DNA of 63,925 nt, counting the filler, from Octopus bimaculoides (lineage: Eukaryota): the NCBI RefSeq assembly GCF_001194135.2. It is 6 parts of 6 records of this genome, joined end to end, with 100 filler letters (N's around TTAATTAATTAA, not from the genome) between each part and the next. Parts side by side here need not be neighbours in the genome. Positions count along the whole stretch, not along the records: positions 1 to 26,814 come from NC_068995.1; positions 26,915 to 47,079 come from NC_068989.1; 4 more parts are not named here. One strand, given 5' to 3'. The position numbers were made by a program, and so were the translations under genes. Below, piece by piece: positions 23,241-35,414 of this stretch. Each line of letters starts with the position of its first letter. Position 1 is the first letter of the stretch. The notes beneath the pieces were generated by a model. The model was not told the origin of the DNA and did not search any database. It was given only the letters and a program-made list of their open reading frames with translations.

Positions 23241-23560
23241 TAAGCAGAACAGTAAAATTATACAGGACTTTCCTCAAGTTCAAAATGTTATTTTGTTTAT
23301 GTTATCTACATTTTAATGATCTTTGTTAGAAACCAGCTCATTCCTTACAGACACACTTCAGATAATTAAAATAGAACATACATACTTGATTGTGTTTTGA
23401 ACCGCAGCAATAAGATTTCCATTCAGCTTGTCGATTATGAGACTATAGATAGATCCATGGGCCGATAGAACTTGTTCACAATTGCTCAATCCTGTTGAAG
23501 ACTGCCAATTATATGCTATATATTATATTTTATATACTAACCTCACATACATATAGTATG

Positions 23561-23867
23561 TTTAATAACGTACCTAGCGCGAAAAGACACACACACACAC
23601 ACTATGAGACATATATACACTCAAACACTCACACACAAACAGTCACAGACAGATACACAATCATATACAAAATGCAACGTTGTCGCGGTGGTGGTGGTGG
23701 TGTTGATGGTTAGAATTAAAAGTAAAAGTATAAAAGTGAAACAGTATATTTAATAACGTACCTAACGCGGAAAGACATACACGCTGTGAGACATATACAC
23801 ACTCATTTACTCACGTCGTCGTCGTGGTTAGAATTAAAAGTAAAAGTATGGAAGGGAAACAATATAT
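23561..23867 (+). repeat. Local tandem duplication (23561-23748 and 23749-23867) with unequal internal microsatellites
   Basis: Both units start TTTAATAACGTACCTA.CGCG.AAAGACA and end GGTTAGAATTAAAAGTAAAAGTAT..AAG.GAAACA.TATAT. Confidence 0.8.
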
Positions 23868-24047
23868 CACATTACAATACAGATGTTATTCTTTCATTTT
23901 ATTCTCCAAGTTGCATTGTTTTAATCCCCCCAAAATTACATGTTGACACTCACGAGGTCTTATAGTATTACCATGTAAAATTTGATTTGATGTGGTGGTT
24001 GAGCCATCTGAGAATGTATTGGGAACAGACAGAGAGACAAAGGATTT

Positions 24048-24085
<38 letters not shown>

Positions 24086-24327
24086 NNNNNNNNNNNNNNN
24101 NNNNNNNNNNNNNNNNNNNNNNNNNNNNNNNNNNNNNNNNNNNNNNNNNNNNNNNNNNNNNNNNNNNNNNNNNNNNNNNNNNNNNNNNNNNNNNNNNNNN
24201 NNNNNNNNNNNNNNNNNNNNNNNNNNNNNNNNNNNNNNNNNNNNNNNNNNNNNNNNNNNNNNNNNNNNNNNNNNNNNNNNNNNNNNNNNNNNNNNNNNNN
24301 NNNNNNNNNNNNNNNNNNNNNNNNNNN

Positions 24328-24391
<64 letters not shown>

Positions 24392-24648
24392 AATAATTAA
24401 ATATTATGTATTATATATCATATATTATAGGACTATGTTTTCACATGACTGGCTATTAACACAGACAAGCATTTTCCTTAAACATTTTTATTGCTTTTGA
24501 ATGAAAATTCAATCGCTTTTGTCATCTAATATAATAAATGCGGAAACTAATTTCTGTGTGTCAGTGTGTTACACTTTGAGCCTCTCTCTCTATTCGATGA
24601 CACTTCTACTATTGTTCATGTTGGGGTGAGAGTAATAGTAGGCATATA

Positions 24649-24800
24649 GATGGTGGTGGCGAAGAGAGAGAGAAGAGAGGAAGAGAAAGAGGAGCAAAGA
24701 CATTTAGGGAGAGTTGATGNNNNNNNNNNGATGGTGGTGGCGAAGAGAGAGAGAAGAGAGGAAGAGAAAGAGGAGCAAAGACATTTAGGGAGAGTTGATG
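24649..24800. other. Probable assembly artefact: exact 71-bp duplication flanking a 10-N gap
   Basis: GATGGTGGTGGCGAAGAGAG...GGGAGAGTTGATG is identical at 24649-24719 and 24730-24800. Confidence 0.85.
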
Positions 24801-25399
24801 TTATTAAAAGTAGTACTGTTGATGGCGGCAGTAGGAGTAATAATAAGTGAGGGAGAGAAACAGTAGGCATGTGAGAGAAAGAGAGACTGAACACTGAACC
24901 AACATACTGAACTAACATACTGAAAAACATACTGAACATTGAATTCTTTTATGCACACACTTAGCCTTTTTGTGATGGTAATGGAGTGATAGTAATAGTA
25001 TGAGCTGTAGTTGTGATAGAAGTGGAAGCGGTGGTGATGATGATGGTGGTTGTGGTAGCCGAGGTGGTCAGGGATGACGATGAGAGTAAGCGATGTGAAA
25101 GAGAGCGGTGATGGTGGTGGAAGGAAAGGCGGCAAAATCAAAGGTATTGGTGGTGGTGGCGTCAAAAGTCTGGATGGTGTGTGGATTGCAGATGCGGTGG
25201 TGATGGTAGTGGTACTATTGCTTATCATGCAGCTTTGCAATAAGTTCCAAGTCGACAAATTATATTATTGTTTTGATGAAAATTGTTCATTGCTTGGAAA
25301 ATATTTTTCAAGTTTAATAAACTTTAATATATACTCAATGCATGAAGTGTCATCGTTGGGCCGAAGACCTAATGAAGAGCCCTCCATAGGAGCTTGCTT

Positions 25400-25680
25400 A
25401 AAAGCCGCCCAACAGGCGGCTTTTCAGCTATTCAAGTATATGCACACAACACTCTCACGAACATGCACCAACCTTGAGTTTACCTCCGCAACCCCCTTCT
25501 CACGAGATGGGAACGTGAATAACCGCTGCTGTATATTATTCCTCAAATTTCGACACTGCAAAGGAAATTTTTAATGCATTAAAGAGTGAAGAATCTTCTT
25601 CTACACGTATTGTCCAATATTTGATTCGTAACTCCGGTGTTCATGGCGATCTGTTCTTTATTGTTGCACATTGTTGATTG
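25400..25680 (+). mobile_element. hAT-superfamily transposase fragment (degenerate)
   Basis: Across small indels it reads CLKAAQQAAFQLFK...LSLPPQP-(LTRW)-GT*ITAAVYYSSNFDTAKEIFNALKSEESSS...DLFFIVAH. This resembles the FLKAPxR...LPPxPxxTRWGTW...YYxxNF block of hAT transposases. Confidence 0.6.
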
Positions 25681-26646
25681 GGAGACTCAAAAGACGATCT
25701 GTTGATCAGGAGAGTCAAATTTATTGTAAAATACCTAAAATCCCAATCTCCATGAATTTTACAATGTGTGTGTGTGGTGGTGGAGGATGCGCCCAAACAG
25801 TCTGAAGTTGCGGCCAAAACAGGCAATAAATGTGTGTATAGTTGCAAAAGAACCATTTGACGGTTTGTGTGACGGAGGACTTTGGTTGTGGGAAGCATTC
25901 AGATAGATATAGCAAGGAAGATAACTGAGTGACTTTGTGTTAGCCTAATTGTAATTCAGATAACTAACTGGTGCCTACAGTTTAATATGGTTGGCAAATT
26001 ATTCGCTTTCTGCTCTGCCCAGAATGTTGGTTTGGGCGGCATGAAAAAGCTAAGACAAGTTTTGCACATTAAAGTCCCCAAAGGATTCATTTTCTTGTTT
26101 CAAAGTTTCAACTACATATTGTTTAGTTGTAAGCAAGGAATTAGGTTCTTTATAAGTGAAAAAAAATCACCTTTTAAGATAAATTTTGGGTTTAGGATGA
26201 AGCCTAGACAGTATAGATATGTCAGAGTAAAACATTACAAATTTGGGTTTCAAAGAGAAATGAGACGTCCGGTTTGCGAGTTACTAGAATGTCGAAAATG
26301 AAGCAAAATATCTATAGATAATGATATGAATAATGTTAACTATGGATAATAGTACAGAAGTAGAGCATTTCTGTCTTTTCAAAAATAAACTTCATTCCAT
26401 CAATACTTAGTAATATGGACTAGAGCATCGAGAATCAATGCCTTGCTCAAGGTGACTGTCTGAAGCTCCTTGGAGCAAAAAGAACCGTTGACTTTTAGAA
26501 TGAGAATAACCTTATCCAGAAAAACAAAACTCAACAATACACAAATTAATCTATACACACACACACGCACACACACACACAAACACGTACACACACACAC
26601 ACACACGCACACACACACACACGCACGCACACACACACAAACACGT

Positions 26647-26681
<35 letters not shown>

Positions 26682-26814
26682 CACACCAATTTTAAAAACC
26701 ATAAAACGAAGAAAAATGTCCTACCCAAATTCTGATGATACCATCTTCGGCGGCTGTAATCCATTTGTTAATGAAGGGATTCCATTTACATGCCACAACA
26801 TCACCTCCGTGTCC

Positions 26815-26914
26815 NNNNNNNNNNNNNNNNNNNNNNNNNNNNNNNNNNNNNNNNNNNNTTAATTAATTAANNNNNNNNNNNNNNNNNNNNNNNNNNNNNN
26901 NNNNNNNNNNNNNN
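26815..26914. other. Artificial scaffold linker (44 N + TTAATTAATTAA + 44 N)
   Basis: The 12-mer at 26859-26870 has stops in all six frames and is flanked by exactly 44 N on each side. The same structure occurs five times in the window. Confidence 0.95.
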
Positions 26915-26946
<32 letters not shown>

Positions 26947-28802
26947 TTCTAGCATCTTTTTCCTTCTCTTCAAAGATTTTAATAATTTGGACAGAGATGG
27001 AATAATAGCATCTGCAGCTATTTTCAGAACCTCAGAAACCGACAAGAGAAACAGGAAGGCTTTGGTATTCTGGCACAAATGTTTGCAACAAAACTCAATC
27101 CACTGAAGACACCCAACGGCTCTTTTATGGCTTTAAAACAGGCGATGAATTCAGACAACCACTTACTGAGATGTTGGGTTAACATGGAAGCTAAAAGTTT
27201 ACTTTTCCGAGAAAAATACTTATCGCATTATTTATGTAGCAATGGAAAATAATGAAGATAACAATTTTATTATGGCAAGATTTCACGAGGGATCTGTGTG
27301 GCTGTGCTTTGTCAGACAGATCGAAAGAATTGAATTAGAGTAAAGGGGAGAAAAAGACGAAGCTGGTAGATTTCGGTCTCTGTAGTCCAGCAATCAAGAA
27401 ATGTATGTTATACTTTTTGCATATCAGAGAAAATCTAATAATGACTAACAATTCTCGTCGCTATCTATATTACACACTGTTGTCAATACGACTAAAGCAG
27501 TTATTATCAAATGCCAAAAGCGGAGGTAAAATACGTGAGATGTTAGAGTACTTGTGATCAATGATATTGGAATTCTGTGTCGAGATATCGAAAAACAAAT
27601 AGTAATAGAAAAACAAAGCATAGTAGAAGCTAGAAAAGTATTTTAGTTGAAGAATGTAGAACAGCACGCATCATGTTTCCTGAATCTCCTAAAATGGTGG
27701 AAGTAAGTTATTCTGAGACGGAGGGTCTGGACCGAATGTTTAGTAACAGAATGAACTCCGATCAAAGACGATGAGCCAAGCAAATAAGAATGAGCCAAAC
27801 GTACGAAATTCTATGCGGTTACTCTATCTGCTGGAAATAACAGCTAAATCTGATTTGAATTATATGCAAGCATTTTAAATCAAGAAAGATACATTGTATA
27901 ATGCAATTAGTCTCTGATATATAAAAAAAGATGTGAAGGTCATGGCTGGAGTTACTATGATTTACTTGATTTGTTTGACATGAGACTAAAACAACAAAGA
28001 AAGAAAACACCACTAAGCACAGTAATTTGTAATTATAATTTTTTTCTCTTTTCAAAAGTATCCCCATGTTAAAATCTATGAAACAAAATAAATATATTCC
28101 TTGCTTGACTACGTTTCAATGTTTATTTTAAGACTCTTCTTTGCACTTTATTAAATTGTGAAATAGTAAAGTAGTAAGTTTTCGATAAAAATGTTTTAGG
28201 AAATAAAACTTCTGAGTAAAAATTAATTTTAACTGAAATTTGTAACATCATTTCTTCTTTGGATGAAATGGTTTGCATTCCATCTTGATATTTTGGTTTA
28301 AGTTAATCTAATTATATTTGAATAATGTGATGTGTTTTAAGATCTGTTAAAAATATAACGGTGTTGATATTTGCAATTTCTAATCAGAATTCACAGTTGG
28401 TTACCAAATACCCAGAAGATATATTTTGTGCATATGAAATATAATGTTGCTTTTTATTTGTAAATATTTTCTTCCAATGTATTTGTAATTTCGTCCTTGA
28501 AAATATTCTATTGATTTGTGAGAAGATTCATTCAAAGTTCCGTTTGAAATGATATATTCTCCCGAACAAAATTTACGGCAGAACAGCTGACATTTATAAA
28601 TTAGTTTCTAAAGTTTCAATACAATAACAAAATGTTGCAATTTTTATTACGAATATACTTTTATAACAGACTCACACATATACACAAAACACATGCAAAT
28701 GGTGCTCCGTCGGTTTCGACGACGTGAGTTCCAGTTGATCCATTGTGAGACTAAACCGGAAACCATGCGGTTGCCAAACGAACTTCCCAAACAAATAGCT
28801 AT

Positions 28803-28945
28803 TCATTCTTTTATTCTTTTACTTGTTTCAGTCATTTGACTGCGGCTATGCTGGAGCACCACCTTTAGCTGAGAAAATCGACCCCAGGACTTATTCTTTG
28901 TAAGTATTATTCTATTGGTCTCTTTTTGCCGAACCACTATGTTAC
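28803..28945 (-). mobile_element. SINE family A 3' tail
   Basis: The minus strand ends ...GGTGCTCCAGCATAGCCGCAGTCAAATGACTGAAACAAGTAAAAGAATAAAAGAATGAAT. It is truncated by a gap. Confidence 0.8.
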
Positions 28946-29572
28946 NNNNNNNNNNNNNNNNNNNNNNNNNNNNNNNNNNNNNNNNNNNNNNNNNNNNNNN
29001 NNNNNNNNNNNNNNNNNNNNNNNNNNNNNNNNNNNNNNNNNNNNNNNNNNNNNNNNNNNNNNNNNNNNNNNNNNNNNNNNNNNNNNNNNNNNNNNNNNNN
29101 NNNNNNNNNNNNNNNNNNNNNNNNNNNNNNNNNNNNNNNNNNNNNNNNNNNNNNNNNNNNNNNNNNNNNNNNNNNNNNNNNNNNNNNNNNNNNNNNNNNN
29201 NNNNNNNNNNNNNNNNNNNNNNNNNNNNNNNNNNNNNNNNNNNNNNNNNNNNNNNNNNNNNNNNNNNNNNNNNNNNNNNNNNNNNNNNNNNNNNNNNNNN
29301 NNNNNNNNNNNNNNNNNNNNNNNNNNNNNNNNNNNNNNNNNNNNNNNNNNNNNNNNNNNNNNNNNNNNNNNNNNNNNNNNNNNNNNNNNNNNNNNNNNNN
29401 NNNNNNNNNNNNNNNNNNNNNNNNNNNNNNNNNNNNNNNNNNNNNNNNNNNNNNNNNNNNNNNNNNNNNNNNNNNNNNNNNNNNNNNNNNNNNNNNNNNN
29501 NNNNNNNNNNNNNNNNNNNNNNNNNNNNATATATATATATATATATATATACATATATACATATACATAAAT

Positions 29573-29738
29573 ATATAAAACAGGTGTATACGAAGTACAA
29601 TCATTGCTAGAAATAGCAGCCGGTAAGTTTACAGCGATATATAGACCACTGAATATTAATGAAGCCCTACATAGCGGCGTAAACTTAGTGGCTGCTATTT
29701 CTAGCAATGATTGTACTTCGTGTACACCTGCTTTATAT
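29573..29738. repeat. Long near-perfect inverted repeat (72-bp arms, 22-nt spacer), MITE-like foldback
   Basis: 29573-29644 is the reverse complement of 29667-29738 with 8 mismatches, including a perfect 32-bp run ACGAAGTACAATCATTGCTAGAAATAGCAGCC. Confidence 0.9.
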
Positions 29739-29815
29739 ACATAATTCTATCTATATGGTGCTTTATTCTTGCTGGATATTAATGTTATTGTAATAATATT
29801 TATATTTTCATGTGT

Positions 29816-29850
<35 letters not shown>

Positions 29851-29929
29851 TACACACACATACACACACATGTACGTGCGCGTCTTTGTGCTTATGCTTG
29901 TCTCTAACTGCGAACCAGTTCTGGTTTAT

Positions 29930-30090
29930 ATATTTCTTTGTAACTTAGCAGTTCGGCAAATAAGCAGATAAAATATGTACCAGAGTTGAAAAAAATAATA
30001 ATTGGGGCCAAGTTGTCCGACTAAACCGTTCCGGGCGGTGCCCCAGCATGGTCGCATTCCACTGAGTGGAACAAGTAAAAGATAAACGAT
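29930..30090 (+). mobile_element. SINE family A 3' tail
   Basis: GTAACTTAGCAGTTCGGCAAA...GGCGGTGCCCCAGCATGG...GGAACAAGTAAAAGATAAA. Confidence 0.75.
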
Positions 30091-30519
30091 TTGACATCTT
30101 TTGGTATCTTAAAAGGCCAATACTTGTAAAAGCAATCCCCGATGTGGGTTGTGAAGTCGGGATGTCAGACTTTTGGGCGGTTTTCTAGATCCTTAACTAT
30201 TCTGGAAGTTCTCCAAGTTTAAATGTTCTTATTTTCAAATATGTCTCTGACATATTGATTACGGCTTCAACAAGCTATGAATATCATACAAACATGTCTT
30301 TAGTAGGACGCTGGCCAACAATTTATGGATTCAACTAAAGAAATTGAAGGACTTGGCCAAGTAACCAATTGGCTTTTCTTTTCTATGACTAGAATTATAG
30401 GAAATAGATCAGGGATGTTTTGCTGTTAACGTTTGTTCACAGATGGGTCGACATTTAAAACCTAAAACCTGTAATCAACTCAGCGGTTGCCGGGATTTGT
30501 ATTGAAATATTAGCATTCG

Positions 30520-30677
30520 TTTTCTTCTCTTTTACTTGTTTCAGTCTTGAAGGATTTTAGTCGAACAACCCCAAGGCTTTTTTTTCCTTAAACTCGGGTA
30601 CTTATTCCATCGATCTTTTAGGACGAACTACCAGGTTACTTGGACGACGTAAACACACCAATACCGGCTGTCAAGCT
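30520..30677 (-). mobile_element. SINE family A 3' tail (internally deleted)
   Basis: The reverse complement gives GCTTGACAGCCGGTATTGGTGTGTTTACGTC...AATAAGTACC...TTCGACTAAAATCCTTCAAG|ACTGAAACAAGTAAAAGAG. Confidence 0.7.
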
Positions 30678-30706
30678 ATGACAAACATAGACACACACAC
30701 ACATCC

Positions 30707-30738
<32 letters not shown>

Positions 30739-30959
30739 CAAGAGATTTGAACTTGAGCAAGTAAAGGAGTAAATGTAAGGAGAAGCAAGTTAGGCAAGTC
30801 GATATGCAAAAGACATTGTTAAATACATTCAATACAAAAAATGTACATATAAAAAGGTCCGACTTGCACATAATACAAATGACATCAAGAATTAAAAGGG
30901 GTTGAATAAAAGTTTTACGAGTCCAACAGCTGTTTCTGGGAGCTCATAACCATGAAGTA

Positions 30960-31195
30960 GGGAGTTCGGTTCATGAACCGGGCTGTGTGTTGTGTTCTTG
31001 AGCAAGATACTTTATTTCACGTTGCTCCGCTTCACTCAGCTGCAGAAATGAGTTGCGACGTCACTGGTACCAAGCTGTATCGCCCTTTCCCTTGGACAAC
31101 ATCAGTGGCGTGGAGGGGGAAGGCTGGTATGCATGGGCGACTGCTGGCCTTCCATAATCAACCTTGTCTGTACTTGTGTCTCGGAGGATAATCTC
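30960..31195 (+). mobile_element. SINE-like repeat of a further family with a conserved central block
   Basis: B-box-like GGTTCATGAACC followed by GTGTTCTTGAGCAAGATACTTTATTTCACGTTGCTCC..CACTCAGCTG, similar to the CCTTGGGCAAG...CACCCAGCTG blocks of metazoan SINE superfamilies. Superfamily not determined. Confidence 0.55.
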
Positions 31196-31243
31196 ATGGT
31201 CATTCATGACCAAAGGAGGTCTTTACCTTTATATATATATATA

Positions 31244-31344
31244 TATCTGTAAATAATATGTGACAATTATTTGGTAGTCATGATAAAACTCTGAGTTTTG
31301 GATGTCATGGCTACCGAATAATTGTTACATATTACTTACAGATA
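31244..31344. repeat. Hairpin with 40-bp arms and a nested 7-bp inverted repeat
   Basis: 31244-31283 pairs with 31305-31344 with three G.U pairs and one A-C mismatch on the + strand. The loop contains AAAACTC-T-GAGTTTT. Confidence 0.85.
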
Positions 31345-31406
31345 AATTCCTCTATCTACATAATATCGAGGTCGCTTTCTTTCTTTTGGTGTCTTACCTT
31401 TTCTAT

Positions 31407-31446
<40 letters not shown>

Positions 31447-31569
31447 AACTTTATTATTTCTAAATCTCTCAAAGAGAGATATTCAGTAACAGTTCTTTAA
31501 AGTAAAGGCTATTTGCCAACATAATGTCTTGTTGGAGAAGGTGATATACAGAAACTTCTGTATATGTGT

Positions 31570-31780
31570 GCTTGCATGCCTTTGCATTTGTCCTCTCATC
31601 GCTTGACAACCGGTATTGGTTTGTTTACGTCCTCATAGCTCAGCGGATCGTCAGAAAGAGACGATGGAATAAGTAACTAAGTTTTTAAAAGTACTGTGGT
31701 CGATTTGTTCGATTAAACCCTTCAAAGTGGTGCCCCATCATAGCCACAGTTCAATGAGTGAAACAGATTTAAGGGATTAC
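31570..31780 (+). mobile_element. SINE family A 3' tail
   Basis: CGCTTGACAACCGGTATTGGTTTGTTTACGTC...GAATAAGTA...GGTCGATTTGTTCGATTAAACCCTTCAAAGTGGTGCCCC...GAAACAG. Confidence 0.75.
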
Positions 31781-32589
31781 TGCTCTTTCTTGGGCGCACT
31801 TCATCTCGTATCCCTATAAAATAAGTTCCTATATTGTACGGTGGTCTCTTCTGCTGACAACATATACTGCTTCCTTCCTTCCTTTTCCTGAATTGGAGCT
31901 GTTTATTGACGAAGCTAAAAATCAATAATAAAGCGTAGTTCAGAAACTTCACCTCTACATTTAGCAACACTTCGTCTCTTGTAATCTCACTTTCAGAAAA
32001 TTGCCATTCCTATAATTTTTCTGATGTGATGAAAACTCGGTGTGAACAATTCCTCAGTTTTAAGATTCGCACTTAAGAACTGCTCTGAATATAAAATTGT
32101 TTAAACGATACTTCTAAATTATATTTAACCAAGCACGCGCCAGTTGACATCTGTCACGTAATCACAATAATAGATGTGTGCGTGTGTCTTGTACGTTGTG
32201 CGCATGTGCATGTAAGTCAGCATTTGTTTGTATGTGTGTATAACAGAGAAAATGTGTATTAGAAATCAATATCTGTAATTATATGATAAATCAATACATA
32301 CACTGAGTTCTGCTGTTATATAGAAGTTAATTTATTTTTATGGAGAGTTCTTACTCGGTTTCAATTCCTACTTGGAAACACATTCACCTTATAACTTCCA
32401 ATTTGTTCACCTTCATGAAAGTAAGAATGATGCGATATATTTCTAAACAAACATATCTATATACCAGCATATCACTGCATCTATCAGACTATCAGATGTT
32501 CTTATACACCGCTAGCCACAATACTCTTCCTCACACTGTTTCGGCCTTCAAATGATGCCACATTATTGGATATATGTACGTGTATATAT

Positions 32590-33060
32590 TTCTAGGGAGG
32601 GTAACATTCCCGAGATCCATGGACGAGTTCTCTCCAGCTGTCTTTGTCCGTCATCATCGCTGCTATCTCCTGTGTCTCCCAGAGACCAGTGTCTGCCCTT
32701 AGGGCATCAGCATATGTCATCCTCGGTCTCCTCCTTCTAGTATGTCTGTGTAGGGGCTCCCACAGGAGCACTGAATGCAGTATCAACTCTGAACACTGGT
32801 GAGCATGTCCAGCTAACCTCAGTCTCCTCTGTGTTATTTTTAAACTAACTTTTGGGAGGCTCTCATACAGCTCTGAGTTCTTCATCCTCAGTCTCTACTG
32901 ATTAATGTTCAGAACCATTCTCAGCATTCACGTGTAGCACCCATCCACCATCTGAATGAGTTTCTTATTTTCCAAGTCTTAAACCCGTATAACAGCACAG
33001 ACTCCACTGGAGCAACGAAGAGGTCCGACTTCCATACAGATCTCAAACTATAGCATGCCG
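32590..33060 (-). mobile_element. RTE-clade LINE C-terminal fragment (second lineage, degenerate)
   Basis: VDGCYT*MLRMVLNI...MKNSELYESLPKVSLKITQRRLRLAGH...LLWEP...RRRRPRMTYADAL. Confidence 0.85.
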
Positions 33061-33182
33061 CCCAGGCTTTGCTCTTCCTCTCAACTACATTGGAGCACAC
33101 CAGCCAGTATCTTAAAGAACGCCGTCATCCCGTTGGGTGTAATGAGCTCTGGTGTTGGTGGAGAGCAGTGATATCAGGTCCA

Positions 33183-33227
<45 letters not shown>

Positions 33228-33320
33228 AGAGATGAGGAATTATGTACATTATTTACATTAAATATCCGTCAAATGTAAATAATGTAAATATATGTATATA
33301 TATGAATATATATATATATG

Positions 33321-33375
<55 letters not shown>

Positions 33376-33874
33376 ATTTGTAGTCGTATACACTCATATA
33401 ATATACACACACACACGCACTAACTCAAACACAAACACACACAAACGCACGCATGCACACACGAGCCAGTTATTTCCTCTATGTGACTATTTCCTGGTTG
33501 CACACCCATAACTCTCCGCATATTCCTTCTGCTAATTATGAACTTTATAGAGCACTCACAGTAACAGTAATTAAAAGTTATGTTGACTCAGCCTCACATT
33601 GCTTGAAATTTCGTAGATGCACATAAACGTTCACATCATCGCTTTGCACTATTGAAGAGTCTTTTTAGCCATTTAATAACACAAATACTGTAATATTCAG
33701 TTTAACTTATTCCTTAATATGACATATATTTCGTCGCACTTCTGCGACCTAGTTATTGAGACACTTCAACTGCAACTATTGAAAACCAATTTTCTGGTGA
33801 GTTCCTATAAAGCCGGTGGTATAGCTTGCTCTATTTCCTTCTATATTCGCCACTTTTAAAATCTTTTCCTTGAT

Positions 33875-34030
33875 TAAGTCATTATACTGTGACCGTACTG
33901 GGGCTCCGGCTTGAATAGGTCCCTCAAATCAACTCCAGTGCTATTTTTATGTCTGATACTTATTCTATCGGTACCTTTTGTCAAATCGCTAGATTATGGG
34001 AACGTAAACAAACCAACACCAATTTTCAAG
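33875..34030 (-). mobile_element. SINE family A 3' tail (degenerate)
   Basis: The + strand reads GTCATTATACTGTGACCGTACTGGGGCTCCGGCTTGAA...ACTTATTCTATCGG...ACGTAAACAAACCAACACC, the reverse complement of the tail. Confidence 0.65.
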
Positions 34031-34205
34031 TGCTGATGGAATATATACGTGTGTGTGTGTGTGTGTGTCTATACGACATTTGAAACGGTCGTACGTGGAA
34101 ATCAAATTCTAATATGAACTTTTAGCATCTTCTCTTCTTTTTTTCTAATTGTTAGTAGTGTTTTATATAAGATTGTATCTTATTCATGCCTATAACAAAC
34201 TTTTT

Positions 34206-34254
<49 letters not shown>

Positions 34255-34390
34255 NNNNNNNNNNNNNNNNNNNNNNNNNNNNNNNNNNNNNNNNNNNNNN
34301 NNNNNNNNNNNNNNNNNNNNNNNNNNNNNNNNNNNNNNNNNNNNNNNNNNNNNNNNNNNNNNNNNNNNNNNNNNNNNNNNNNNNNNNNNN

Positions 34391-34448
<58 letters not shown>

Positions 34449-34972
34449 CGTGTGTGTGTGTGCGTGTGTGTGTGTGTGTGTTTGCTAAACATCGGACTTG
34501 GACGAATCTTATATTGGCGTTAGAGTAAAAGTAAGAAGAATATATATTCAGATGTGAACTTTTGACACATAAGCCTATCGTCAGCTTCAGATTCGATTCC
34601 TTGTCTTCATTCAGTTTTTTTTATATATTTATTTCTTTATTCAATTCATTGTCATTATTTCTGCTCTTCCTTCTATAAATAGTTATTTATGAATAGTAAA
34701 ATTTCTTCTCTACCAGTGAAGACTGGTTTTAAAACGTTTGGAGACATTACTTGCTATGTTTTTGCATTTATCTCCAAAGTAGGCTTGAAATATTTACTAA
34801 AAGGACAAGCCTATTAGCCTTAGATTCTTGCTAAGTGGATATATTTAACCATATGTAATAAAAAAAAAAGAAACAAGATAAAATTTTAAAAAATTACAAC
34901 ATGAATTACACTTATGCATATATATTGCTATATACCAGTAATACAGAAATATACACAAACATGTTTTATATA

Positions 34973-35208
34973 CAGGATGGCCCGAAAGTAGGTTTACAGT
35001 TATTACGTAGGTACTTTAAATTTCTTTTAAAACATTATATTACATTTAAATTTCTATCTTTGAAAATGAAAAGAGAACTTGACAAATTTAACTAAATTAG
35101 CATAGAATAATGGCTTCATATTTTTTTTATAATTAATATGCAGAATGTTAATATAAGCATGCGAAAGAGATAGCTGAATAACTGTAAACCTACTTTTGGG
35201 CCACCCTG
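34973..35208. mobile_element. 236-bp Tc1/mariner-type MITE with 32-bp TIRs and TA target duplication
   Basis: TA|CAGGATGGCCCGAAAGTAGGTTTACAGTTATT ... AATAACTGTAAACCTACTTTTGGGCCACCCTG|TA. The TIRs differ at 2 of 32 positions. Confidence 0.9.
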
Positions 35209-35382
35209 TATATCATGTGTGGATACACATGTATATTTTGTGTTCGTATGTACATTACACACATACATATGTTCCAATCACTAAAGGACAATTGGTAAAA
35301 ATTCACCTCGGCAAGATTTGAAATCAGAGCGTAGTGAAAACGATAATTATTGCACAACACTCTGTACGACCCTGATAATTAT

Positions 35383-35414
<32 letters not shown>

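Noticed and set aside
24649-24800. Exact 71-bp direct repeat as a biological duplication
   Set aside because: The copies are identical and flank a 10-N gap, typical of an unmerged contig overlap.
25720-26140. GDFN on the minus strand suggesting an APE endonuclease remnant
   Set aside because: Only one short motif with no other APE motifs in register, which is too weak to call.
26715-26814. Short open stretch [33 protein letters not shown] before a linker
   Set aside because: 33 codons cut by a gap with no family recognised, so it cannot be supported as an exon.
26859-26870. Recurrent palindrome TTAATTAATTAA as a regulatory or homeodomain site
   Set aside because: It is always centred in exactly 44+44 N, so it is synthetic.
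30921-30955. Further hammerhead-like relic (GTTATGA...GAAACAGCTGTT, minus strand), with a similar one near 35455-35500
   Set aside because: The palindromic stem III is suggestive, but the core has several changes and stem II does not pair. It was kept only as a hint of PLE termini.
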